From Adineta vaga (lineage: Eukaryota > Animalia > Rotifera), in NCBI GenBank assembly GCA_021613535.1, contig CP075496.1, positions 4,588,001-4,652,000 on the forward strand: 64,000 bases of DNA, written 5' to 3'. Positions 1 to 12,638 of the stretch are shown here, one piece after another. Below the pieces are notes generated by a model. That model had not been told where the DNA came from, did not search any database, and saw only the letters and a list, made by a program, of their open reading frames with translations. Within the stretch, counting starts at the first letter, position 1; every line of letters begins with the position of its first letter. Both the position numbers and the translations under genes were made by a program.

Positions 1-1725
1 TTTCGATCTTGTGCACATATGTTTCTCTAGGAGATTCAAATTCGTAAAAGCGCTTTTCAATTGAAGATTTACAACCAATACCAATATTCGTTTAAAACAA
101 TATTGACAAATCTTATCAACTGTTATTCTTTGTATGAGAAATATGGAACTTTAACATATGAGTAGCATTGAATAATTTATGCAATTATTTTCTATTGATG
201 AATATATGATATTGAAGTGTCTTTTATTTATGAATTTTCCAGTGAAATATATGAGTTCTTCGTAAACAAATCGAAAGAAACAAAATTAGAGTACGAAAAG
301 TGCAGATGAGAAGACATAGAAGAAAAAACAAAGAATTTTTCTCATTCGATTAGAGTTTATTTTTTCAAGTCAATATTTAACATATATACATCAATCGTTT
401 CGTTTCTTTCTCTGCTATGTTGCCAACTAATGAAATGAAAGATTGTCAAATATTCACATTCCGATTTAACAGATATTCAGTTCCTTTTCTTTTTACAAAT
501 ACAAGCACATAGTCTGTATTTGAAAACTTGTCCAAAAGAAGGATTAACTCGTCTTCTATAAGTAATAAATTTCATTCTGAGATATCATTCGAAGATTTTG
601 AAGTATTTGAATAATATATATCATGGACAGGAAGATCTAAGCAATAAATAATAATCAGATTTATAAGTAAAAAGAAAGTATTGACATTCGCTCTGATTAA
701 TCATAAGAATTGAAAACATCAAAGTGAGTTTATTCGATATTTTTCATCCTGATTTTCTTCAAGGATATGTATTATGATCTAATATTATTTCAGTGGAATC
801 TATCTTGTGTTGTGTCTCATACATAAATCCATATATTCATGTCTTTGTCTATTGACAATTGAAAAAAAAATATACATCGTAAAATATAGTCTGTATCTTT
901 CTGTATATAATATCGGATGTCATTCTAATACAGTTTGTTGTTTCTTTCTCTCTCTGTCTCTCTGCCTCTCTCTCTGTCTCTCTTTCTCTGTCTTTCTTGA
1001 AAGAATCTGGCTAGATTGCCTTTGATGATAGATTGGTTTTAAATGATAACACCTTTCTTTCTTCTCATTTAGGTTTTTTTCATTCATTCCTGCACGATAA
1101 TATACGAATAAGGTAATGTTGTTGTTCACTCTGGTTCTTTGTTCCATTCTCTCTCGGACATTGACTGTATATGAAGTATCAGATCACATCCATCTATTAT
1201 CGAGTATTGCAGAATGTGTATTTCATATATGAAATAAATTTTTTTTTATAATTTCGTAATTGCTTGAAAAATTCATGTTAAATTAGTAACGAAAACTGAT
1301 TATCAAACTACTCAATAGACATTCAATATTAGACAGTTATATGATCCTTCCTATTTCTTTTCTCCTTCATTTCATATAGATGAGTCAGGTGGCTTAATAT
1401 CACTTTTTTAATTGTCTTTTTTCCCTCTAATACTGGCCTTGTCAAAAGAGTGTCTGATACAAGAGTTAATTTACTTTATATGTCTAACGTATGTTAAAAT
1501 ATATTCCGATGTCAGCGAAATATCAAATTTTGTATGTACACTTTCTAGCGACGAACAAGATCTTGTATGCTTTTTTTTTAGAATATCCACTTTTCTTCCT
1601 CTTCTATACATATAGTCTCTTATTTTTTCTTTCTTGTCATTTTTTGTATTCTTTTTAGATCAGAGACAGAAGAAGAGAAATTGAAAGAAACGATTAATCG
1701 TTTAAACCATTCAAATACTTCCAAG

Positions 1726-4700
1726 ATGGTGTTCGATAATATTTTTGTTTACAATTTTTGCATTTCTATCTTATTATTGGGATCGATCCATTTCACATTA
1801 ACACAAACTTCTACTACAGGTAAGTTAAAAACAGATATACTTTACGAAATAATACCATACATATATATGATTCATTTTGATTTTAACGAGTATTTGTATC
1901 TCTATAAACAGATGGTTTGTATTAGTCGTTTGAATTCTATCGTACGAGAGGTCATTTTTGAATTGATAATATTTTACAAATATATTTGTTCCAAATCTCA
2001 GATAATCTCCTAAGAGAAAAAGTATATCAATGTATATGGAATAGTTAAATAAATTAAACTACATAATTACAAGAACAATTTTTAGAAGGATAGTAATAAG
2101 TTTACGTGTTATGTTTATTTAATACTAGATACGCCATCGACCGATCCTTATGAGAGTTCGATCAATTCTGGAGAGACAGCATCTATCGTCACTCCACTTT
2201 CTACCGCTACTGACAATGCTGCATCCAGTGCAACGAATGGTGATTCTACTGTGGTATCTATACCTGCCGCTACTGACAATGCTGCATCCAGTGCAACGAA
2301 CGGTGATTCTACTGTGGTATCTATACCTACCGCTACTGACAATGCTGCATCCAGTGCAACGAATGGTGATTCTACTGTGGTATCTATACCTGCCGCTACC
2401 GAAAATGCTGCATCCAGTGCAACGAATGGTGATTCTACTGTGGTATCTATACCTACCGCTACCGAAAATGCTGCATCCATTGCAACGAATGGAGATTCTA
2501 CTGTGGTATCTATACCTACCGCTACTGACAATGCTGCATCGAGTGCAACGAACGGTGATTCTACTGTAGTATCTGTACCTACCGCTACTGACAGTGCTGC
2601 ATCGAGTGCAACGAATGGCGATTCTACTGTAGTATCTATACCTACCGCTACTGACAATGCTGCATCGAGTGCAACGAATGGCGATTCTACTGTGGTATCA
2701 ATACCTACCGCTACTGACAATGCTGTATCGAGTGCAACGAATGGCGATTCTACTGTGGTATCATACCTGCCGCTACCGAAAATGCTGCATCCAGTGCAAC
2801 GAATGGTGATTCTACTGTGGTATCTATACCTACCGCTACCGAAAATGCTGCATCCATTGCAACGAATGGAGATTCTACTGTGGTATCTATACCTACCGCT
2901 ACTGACAATGCTGTATCGAGTGCAACGAATGGCGATTCTACTGTGGTATCTATACCTACCGCTACTGACAATGCTGCATCCAGTGCAACGAATGGCGATT
3001 CTACTGTGGTATCTATACCTGCCGCTACCGAAAATGCTGCATCCAGTGCAACGAATGGTGATTCTACTGTGGTATCTATACCTACCGCTACCGAAAATGC
3101 TGCATCCATTGCAACGAATGGAGATTCTACTGTGGTATCTATACCTACCGCTACTGACAATGTTGCATCCAGTGCAACAAACGGTGATTCTACTGTTGTA
3201 TCTGTACCTACCGCTACTGACAGTACTGCATCCAGTGCAACGAATGGAGATTCTACTGTGGTATCTATACCTACCGCTACTGACAATGTTGCATCCAGTG
3301 CAACAAACGGTGATTCTACTGTTGTATCTGTACCTACCGCTACTGACAGTACTGCATCCAGTGCAACGAATGGAGATTCTACTGTGGTATCTATACCTGC
3401 CGCTACCGAAAATGCTGCATCCAGTGCAACGAATGGAGATTCTACTGTGGTATCTATACCTACCGCTACTGACAATGCTGCATCCAGTGCAACGAATGGC
3501 GATTCTACTGTGGTATCAATACCTACCGCTACTGACAATGCTGTATCGAGTGCAACGAATGGCGATTCTACTGTGGTATCTATACCTACCGCTACTGACA
3601 GTGCTGCATCGAGTGCAACGAATGGCGATTCTACTGTAGCATCTATACCTACCGCTACCGAAAATGCTGTATCGAGCGCGACAAACGGTGATTCTACTGT
3701 AGTATCAATACCTACCGCTACTGACAGTGCTGCATCGAGTGCAACGAACGGTGATTCTACTGTAGTATCAATACCTACCGCTACTGACAATGCTGCATCC
3801 AGTGCAACGAACGGTGATTCTACTGTGGTATCTATACCTACCGCTACTGACAATGCTGCATCCAGTGCAACGAATGGTGATTCTACTGTGGTATCTATAC
3901 CTACCGCTACCGAAAATGCTGTATCGAGCGCGACAAACGGTGATTCTACTGTGGTATCTATACCTACCGCTACTGACAATGCTGCATCCAGTGCAACGAA
4001 TGGTGATTCTACTGTGGTATCTATACCTACCGCTACCGAAAATGCTGTATCGAGTGCAACAAATGGTGATTCTACTGTAGTATCTGTACCTACCGCTACT
4101 GACAGTGCTGCATCCAGTGCAACACACAGTGACTTTACCGCAACAAATGAATCTCCAAGTAGTTCATCATCATCAAATACTATATCTTATTCTACATTTA
4201 CATCGCCGTTATCAAACAATACCTTTTTTACGAGTACAACGACAACTTCACAAACTATGTCAACAACAATTGTCAGCAGCCTTCTTGGTATTCAATCAAT
4301 TTCAAATACATATCTAGTTAATGAAATTATCTATTCGACTACAGTAGATTGTACTAATTTAACTAAAGGAAATTGTGAACAAAAGTTGGCTGAGAAGTTA
4401 AGAAACGATCTTAAACCATTGTTAACTGATATTACAATTCAAGAAAGCAACTGCACCAGTATACCATGTTATGTATCCTACACCGCGTCATATAATGGTT
4501 ATAAAAAATTTAATTGTTCAGTACTACGAGAATATATTGCAAATAGAACAGAATCATACGGATCGTTCATGAACTGCGAACAAAAGAAAGGTAGTGGAAA
4601 GTGAAATACATTTTGGAATTCTATATTTTATCTAATTTCTAGTATTTGCATGTGGATCTGAAAGAGAAAGTAAAACTCAAGGAGACTGCGAATATTGTGG

Positions 4701-5840
4701 CGAAGAACATCCATGTGCTGATTTTGACGAATCAACCTGTTATTTAAGAGATCTTGATGGAAAGTCATATGGATGCCGGTATGTATGAATTACAGTGAGT
4801 AATCGATTTCTTTCTGAATTTTTTATGTAGTTGTGATCGAAGAAGACATTTTTTTCGAACAAATTATGACTATAATGAAAGATGTCAACGTACAGCAACG
4901 ATAACATGGGAACAAATGTTAGCACTTTGTTTACTGTTATTCTTGATATTCTTACTTCTCCTTGCCCTTCTCCTACTTTTATGTCGACGCCGACGAAAAC
5001 TTGCTAAAAAGTAAACATTATTCTTTCGATATTCGTTCAAATTTCTTCTTCTTTTTTGTTCTTAGGGCAAAACGAGAGCCAGAAGTTCAGCTAATGCTCC
5101 ACAAAAGCCGCCAAATATGGATTATGGTGATTTTCACAATCTTTCTCAAGTGCCATCGGAAAACTACTCATCACTTCCACAGTAAGTTCTAAAATGTATT
5201 TTCATATTTTTAACTTTATTCAAACGAAAAATCAATATGAAAACTATTAAATAAATGAGAAAACAAATACAAAATCAGAACTATTGTTATTTCATTTTTT
5301 TTCCGTTTGAGTTCTGTCATATCTGTTCATTAACAAAAACACAATTGATAATTGACAGATCGTTTTGAAATTCCGCATAAATAATGTCTGTCAATTGAAT
5401 AGAACAGAAAACAAAACGCATAGTACTGTTTTTTTTCAATTCAATAGAATATTCATCGATTGATTTTGTTCCTGTATTACTTGATTTACGATTTCCTTCC
5501 TCTTCTCTTTAGTTTACGTCGACCTCGACCAATACATCCGATACCACCATCGAATGATTATGATTATGTTTATCAACGACGGTTTGTTTATTTTTTCAAC
5601 TAATTCTAAAATTTTTTTCGTTCGGTCAATTTATTTTGTTCTAGTCTGCCACAAAACAATACCTATCCATCACGTAATTATTCACATATTCAGGGAAATT
5701 TACCTCCAACTTTTAACAATGAAACTGATGATCGCTTAGGCATCTTACGTGATTTAGTTAATGAATATAATCTTGAAAATGGAGCCAATAGACGTTTGAA
5801 TCTTATACGTGAACTCGACGATGATGAAATCTATGTTTAA
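1726..5840 (+). CDS. Mucin-like type I transmembrane protein (signal peptide, Ser/Thr/Ala-rich 21-aa tandem repeats, Cys-rich juxtamembrane region, TM helix, cytoplasmic tail); 1-nt frameshift in the repeat array in this sequence
   Basis: ATG 1726 gives the signal peptide MVFDNIFVYNFCISILLLGSIHFTLTQ. GT-AG intron 1820-2128 joins in frame to DTPSTDPYESS... and the repeat SIPTATDNAASSATNGDSTVV. Later exons encode a Cys-rich segment, the TM LALCLLLFLIFLLLLALLLLLC followed by RRRRK, and a tail ending ELDDDEIYV* at 5840. Confidence 0.8.
2201..4124 (+). repeat. Coding minisatellite, 63-bp unit, about 30 copies
   Basis: Unit ctaccgctactgacaatgctgcatccagtgcaacgaatggtgattctactgtggtatctatac repeats with few substitutions; one unit at about 2763 is 1 nt short. 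Confidence 0.97.
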
Positions 5841-6130
5841 GAGATTCTTCTTTCTTTTCTCTTCTTAATCATCTTCCGGTGATATGATACGGACTAATCA
5901 ACTAAGCTAACATTACTTCATGGTATTGCTTTCATCTTTTATCTAGACGTTTTAATTCTTTCTGAACAAGGGACTTGATTCGAACAGCAAACAAAGACGC
6001 AAACTATTGCTACTTTTTAGTTTTTCTTATTTTTTATTCTAGACACGTTCTTTTTAATGTAACAGTATCTATTTTTAACACAAAAGATAATTACAAAACA
6101 AAATCTTAGCACCATATATTGTCTTTTAAA

Positions 6131-7450
6131 TTAGATCTGCAATATTAATAATTGTTTACCGTTTGCACATTTATATAAATTAAGTTTCTGACCAGATTTA
6201 AACGAAAGATCTTCATTAATAGTTGATATTTGTTCTGATTTTGTCAGCAATGGACTGGATTCTTCTTGAATAATTGATGTATTTAATGTTGAATTCTGTG
6301 CAGATGTGTTTGAGAGAACTTGATGCATGATTTCATTTGATTGATTAGATTTTCTTATTGAAACATTGGGTTCAACTTTAACATGATCGGAAACTTGTAT
6401 CGGTTGTAATGCTCGTGCTTCATTTTCAGCTAATTTGGAAATTCGTGTTTGTAAATTGATTTGCTTATTTGAATTCAAAAACAAATGTAAAGTAAATCGA
6501 ACCAATGTCTTACGAAATTTTTGTCCGAAAAAACAATAGAGTAGAAAATTTGTTGAAGTATTAAAAACAATCAATAAAATTCCAATTGAATTTAATGAAT
6601 GAAATACTATACTTTGTGATGAACCATGAGGATCAATAGCATGCCATGCATTTAATACTAACAATGGTATTTGACATAAAACAAAAACAATAATTACTGC
6701 AACAAGCATTAAAGTAATATGATAATCAGCTTGTTTTTTCTTATTTGTCTTCGCACCTAAAGTTTTCTTACGACGTTTAGTAGCAATTAGATTAACAATG
6801 ATAGTTATATTTATACATGTCAACGTAATAAATGGTATTAAATAAACAACGGGTATATAAATATATATTCGTGTATATTTATGGATTTTTCTACCAATAT
6901 GTGTTAAACGACATTGTTTATGTTCAGGTTTATATTCTTGTTCTAACCAATAAGGTATACAATAGAGAATAGAAAATAAATATATGGATAGAATTGCTAT
7001 CCATGTTGTACGTGGAGTTAATATTTGTTTAGCTTTCAATGGAAATTTGACGAGAATTAAACGATCCATTGAGACAGCTATTGTTAAATAGATAATCGAA
7101 AGAAGTATTGTATTATATATCGGTGTTGTTGGTAAACGTGTTAGTAAGATTTCAAATGCAAATGGAGGTTGATTAGTTATATATAAACGATAACCGATTA
7201 AATATCTCATTGAATATGATGGAATAAAAATCAAAAGAAAAAGTATATTTGAACACGATAATGCTGTTAAATAGATATTTGTAGATGTTGTACGCATTGA
7301 TGGTGATATAAGTACTAGTATCGTAATAATATTACCAACAATTCCAAATAAACTTAAAACCATTCCAACATAACCCCATACAATCAAACGAAAGAGAAGA
7401 ATATAATCAAGACTATTGTCAGGATCAACAATAGACGAATTATTCGACAT
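6131..7450 (-). CDS. Class A (rhodopsin-like) peptide GPCR, FMRFamide-receptor-like, intronless CDS
   Basis: 439-aa ORF with 7 hydrophobic helices: GIVGNIITILVL (TM1), NIYLTALSCSN (TM2), SMDRL (DRY variant), FVLCQIP (TM6), NTSTNFLLYCFFGQKFR (TM7/H8). Confidence 0.9.
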   Translation of the reverse strand: MSNNSSIVDPDNSLDYILLFRLIVWGYVGMVLSLFGIVGNIITILVLISPSMRTTSTNIYLTALSCSNILFLLIFIPSYSMRYLIGYRLYITNQPPFAFEILLTRLPTTPIYNTILLSIIYLTIAVSMDRLILVKFPLKAKQILTPRTTWIAILSIYLFSILYCIPYWLEQEYKPEHKQCRLTHIGRKIHKYTRIYIYIPVVYLIPFITLTCINITIIVNLIATKRRKKTLGAKTNKKKQADYHITLMLVAVIIVFVLCQIPLLVLNAWHAIDPHGSSQSIVFHSLNSIGILLIVFNTSTNFLLYCFFGQKFRKTLVRFTLHLFLNSNKQINLQTRISKLAENEARALQPIQVSDHVKVEPNVSIRKSNQSNEIMHQVLSNTSAQNSTLNTSIIQEESSPLLTKSEQISTINEDLSFKSGQKLNLYKCANGKQLLILQI

Positions 7451-10400
7451 GATGCATATGTTTACTTGATTTGTGTTTTGTTGTTATGATCTATATGAGA
7501 AATAGAAAGAGATAGTTTTATTTACATATTCTACCGTGAATAGAATGAGAAATGTATACGTATGTTCTTTTGGAAGAAGAAGAAAAAAACGCTAGAAAGA
7601 ACAAGAACTAACTATAGCAAACATATTTATTGAGATGAAAGTTCGATCGATTCTATGAGAATAGCGGATGTTAATATCCGTCTGATAAAGAAAAGCATAG
7701 TGGATTAACGTTTTGAATCAGAAGAGAAGAAAATGAATGAACGAAAGTTTGTTTTCTGTCTAATCAATCAAGTGTATGAACTATTTACTTGAGCAGAAAT
7801 CTACTCTCGAAGCTGGTATTTACAATGACTGAAAACGTGATAAATTATGCAAATTGAGTCGGAGATCTTTGCGACTATGTTGCATCGTTTTTAGTCAAAC
7901 AACGCTCGAATACACATTATGTTGTTGCTGTTCTTCTTCTTCTTCTTCTTCTCTTATTTTGTCTATACATCCATTAGAGATCCGAAAAATAATGTGTATT
8001 TTATTCGAAGAATCTTTTATTTTTGTTCTTTTCTTCATTAGTTTGGAATAAAGTAAAAGAAGAAGGATCTCTCTTTTCTTTACTATCCAATATTAGTAAC
8101 AATTGATTGATGCTTCTATCTTATACAATACCAAATAGAACGAAAGATTTCTTCTGTGTTTTTTAATCTCACCATGTAATGAAATGAAGAAAGACTATAT
8201 TATTGTTTGATACAATAAAACTGATAATGATGAGCGTCTAGAAATAGTCGTTAGAACTAGTAATTCGATAAATGGGATCGACTGGATGCTGGATGTGTCA
8301 GCATATTTTTCTAGTGTGTGAAAAAGAGAAGAAGAAAGAATAGATATATCAAGAGCAAGGTCTATCTGTCCTTTTAAGAAATAAGCATATCTAATGGACA
8401 ATTCATTGAATCGTGTTTTCAAAGATATGATTTCGTATGTCATTGATAAATGACTAGATTGTAACGTCATCTTGTTCGTTTGAGACGTTTTTTTAATGCA
8501 GGAAATTAAACTCACTAGTTTTTCCGCCTTGATAAATCTAAATGCATCTCTCTGCTGAGTGGAAAAAGTAGAAAGAAAGTGTCTTGAGAAAAATTGATTA
8601 TCTCATCATTTTTTTTCTTTACTTCTTCTTTTTCATATGATTAGCTTAATTATAAAAAGAATAACTATCGAATACGTAGATCAGTAACAGTCGAAAGCGG
8701 AAACCTTATGTTCTGATAATGCTAATTTCCTTTTACGACTGAAATAAATCTAAACGACTTCTCAACATATGCTTCGATCTTGTCATCGATCTAACGCCTG
8801 TTTCAATGATAATGATAATGATAATGATAACGATAATAAATGATTCTTTTGTGTATCTTGTTGACTTACTTGAAAATATCGATTCGAAGATTGATAATGT
8901 TATTCTTGTTTGCTCGAAACATATTGAATTATTGACAAGATTTTTGAAGGAAGAAAAAACCGAATCAAATCAAATTGAAACAAGTCTATTGTTTAATGTC
9001 AATGATAAAATCTACAATGAAAAAATATCTTCATCATGTTTTTCATCACTAATATTTTACATTCATTCTTAGGGAAATAATTATCAAGAGTTTTCTTTAT
9101 GTGTTCGAGCACTTCTCCCTCTCTCTTTTTTCTTCTTCTTCTTCTTCTTCTTCTTCGTCATCTTCTTTTTGTTCGTTCTTTACTTTTGCTCTTATTACTA
9201 TATTGTCAACGACAAATAAAAACTATGTCCGAATGTAGTGTGAAAAAAGAAAGAAGAATGACATGAAAAGACATGTTCATGTTTTGTTTTGTAGATATGT
9301 GTGAATCAAATCTTCGTTTGTGTCCTTCGACTTGTTTGCCTTCGTTGTTCCGACATCTGACGATGTCTTTTTCCCATCGAACATGTCAATTAGACAACAA
9401 TGACGAAAAACCAATGAACTATTCTTAGTGTTGTTCTTTCTCTCTAGTTTCTTTATAAGCTGTTTTTTTTCTTCTTCACGCAAAATCTATTCAAAACTAT
9501 TTAACCGGAAAGTAAACGAGAAAGAATATTCATAACAATTTGTTAACGAATGATATTAGTCAATGATCATTTTCGATAAACAAAAACAGAATAAATCTAT
9601 TTTCAGTACATTATATCGAGTAAAGAAGACGATAGATTCTTCTTCTTCTTCTTCTTCTGCATCTATCAATAACATACGTTTGTGCATGTCAATTTTACTA
9701 CTCATATAGATCATAATAATCGCCGAATGTGTAGACAACATTATCACTTATCAACGTAGCAACAATTCTTCTCTTTGTTATGAATGACTAAAATATGCTC
9801 TAACGATTGTTTCAGTGAGTTTATTTACTTATTTATTATATTACAAAAATCTGATTAGGGAATTAATACTCAATCTCTGACTTTTTCTCATTTGCTTGTC
9901 AAACATAGAATCTATGAGACATCTCATTCAAAACGTTATTATTCAAATTAATGATCAGAGTGAATACATACTTGAAATATATAAGAAGAGATACTTAGAT
10001 AAAAATATCTATAATGATAAGTATACGTAAATTGACACGATTCAGTTGAAAAAATCAAATCTAATTTTATATATTTGAGTGTTGTTAATCAAAACAATAC
10101 TTTATTTTTAGCAACGAGTGTTCTTTCGTTTGATTGCACTCAAAACAATTCATATTGAACTTAATCGAATACTATCTGAACTGATCTACAGACGTTTCTA
10201 ATGTCAATTTGGAATTGATTTGAATAATTCTTGTTGATAAATGTCAGAATTATTTGCAAATATGATTGCTGATCTGTTCGATCATCATTGAAGAGAAGAA
10301 AAAAACAACGACCATCGAATATGTTTTTTTCCTCTTCTAATAAACATTCTATTATTTGCACGACAAACATGATGAAAAAAATTACTAATTATTTGAACTT

Positions 10401-11810
10401 CTTTTTATATCGTACTCGGAGACGCAGAACAAAAGGAAAATACAATTATATAAAGTATTTATTTTCTAGTTGAACTATTTCTCGTGATCTTTCTGCTTAC
10501 TCTGATATACTCAATAATAAAAATAAATATTTAATGGACTCTTATTCTTAACGTATGGATAAGTTTAATAATGGAATTATTTATATAAGACTTTGATCGA
10601 ATTCACATTTAACAGAATGTAAATCATACTTACAGAATACGTAAAAATGACGTAGATAAAGAAAAGAATTTTATATTTAATAGGATATTTCTGACTATTC
10701 ATATAAGTTTTTTATTATTATTATTATGTGACTTGTGAACTACAATATAATTGGTAATAAAAGTTACATTGAATGTGTTATTGACGATAAACATAGTCTC
10801 AAAGATTTTTCTATTGGAAAAGATGTGTCAATAAGGACAATATCTTTGTAAAGAAAGAATCGTTCTTCATCTATGGAAAGAAACAGCACGTTGTTTCTTC
10901 CTTCCTCCAAGAAATTAAGTAAATTCGATGTTTATATTGTTATTCAAACATATGCATCGCATAGTTGATGAAGAAAATTGTTTCTTTATATGTAATAAAT
11001 AACATCATCTTCATGCTAAAATATCGCATGTTATCGGAAAATATTTCATTTTTATTTTTATATATAATTAAACTTATAAAATGAAGAATCGTTTCAGTTT
11101 ATTCATCCAACATCCAGAATCTTTGATCAATGAGAGATCATTAACTTCAAAATAATAGCTATTATTAGAAATATGCTAATAATATTCAAGAAAATAAACT
11201 CATGACAGCTATGTATGAATCGTTAATAATGCAAAGTAGAAGCAATGATTTGAGTATGAAACGGAAGTTATATGAAAGTTCGTCACGTGAAAATATATTG
11301 TATGAATGACACATTTCATATAAAGTATAACTAAGAAAAAAAAGAAATATTTAATTCAGAATATTCGAAGTGTTTTTCTTATGATGACTTACGACAAAAT
11401 CTTTTAATATTTAAAAGAAATTAATGAAAAGTAATAACTGCTTTTATTTTAATGAAAAACAAACGAACAAAAGACTTTTTTCTAATGAATAAAATATATA
11501 TTTTTTAATTGACTAGTTTTGAGGCATATGTAGAACGAATGAGGATATACAGGTTAACTTGATCGATTAGCTATAGAGAAATTTGATATATCTCTTGTAA
11601 AAGATAAATAGTACCTACAGTTTCGGGGTAAACTTATATGCATTTATAGATCAATCAGAACCAAGTTTGAATAGTTTAGAATCTTGTATTTGTTAATTGG
11701 AGCACTGGACAATAGTGAAGTTTGAACTATACTTGGAGAAAATTAGAAGTTTTATTGAATAAAAATTCTAATAACTACAATCATCAAGTAAGATTTATCA
11801 TAAGTTTGTA

Positions 11811-12495
11811 TTAACTAATATATTTGGTATGTTTTCCAGTTGCTAATAATTCATTATTTTGTTTATTACGAAATTCCACCGATAGAAAAGCCAATGTTCG
11901 ACCTAATTTAACCGTTTCAGCATCAATTAACAATGTTTCACCTTTCTTTGCTGCTTTAAGAAACCTAAATATACATTGCATAGCAACTCGTTTACGGAAG
12001 AAAGATAATAACAAATATCGAGTACATCATCTCTGTTTGCTGTATGCAGAAGTTTTCACTTATTCAATATATTTCACTGATGTTTCGAACCAGTTTTTTT
12101 TCTCTACTTACGAAACACTCAATTCAATTGATGCAGATTTTGACGGTTTCTTTTCATTGGTATCAAGTGCTAAAGTTGATACACTATCTGTTAGCGAGGA
12201 AATCATTCCACCATGTAATGTATCTTTAAAGTAAGTAGAATTGTATTGAATACAAATGAAAATTTGATTATGAATTACCATTTCGATTCAAATGTCTTTC
12301 ATCAATATCAAGTTCACATTGAATATGTCCTGGTTTTCGAGATGCAACTACACGAATCTGATAGGAAAGAACTCAAGAATGATTAATAATCAACTCTCAT
12401 CTTACTCCATCAAATATTCGATTGAATTTTTCAGTTTTTGGTCCCAATGTTATCAAATCTTGTAAAGTACGAAGAACAGTTTTACTTGCATTCAT
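11811..12495 (-). CDS. ACOT13: Acyl-CoA thioesterase 13 (PaaI/hotdog fold), 4 coding exons
   Basis: Spliced product MNASKTVLR...HLNRNDTLHGGMISSLTDSVST...SIELSVSFLKAAKKGETLLIDAETVKLGRTLAF...ATGKHTKYIS*; has the HGG motif and the typical C-terminal G.HTK. Confidence 0.9.
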
Positions 12496-12638
12496 CTAGA
12501 ACATGTTCTTTAGAAAGAATTCTGTTTTTGTTTCAATTTAATAAACAAAAAACTAAATAATAATATAACCGGAGGGATGAACACTTACAAAAAGAACAAA
12601 AACTTTATTAAAGCAAACGCAAAGAAAACAGAATTGAT

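Noticed and set aside
807-1615. Short ORFs and a (CT)n tract upstream of the mucin gene
   Set aside because: Low-complexity, mostly non-ATG or motif-free ORFs expected by chance in AT-rich UTR or promoter DNA.
2201-4124. CRISPR-like array
   Set aside because: Contiguous repeats with no unique spacers, in a eukaryotic coding exon, and no cas genes.
2148-4127. Long antisense and alternative-frame ORFs over the tandem array (SVAVGIDTTVESPFVALDAAL; MVILLWYLYLPLL)
   Set aside because: By-products of a stop-poor 63-bp repeat; only the Ser/Thr-rich frame connects to a signal peptide and TM through canonical splice sites.
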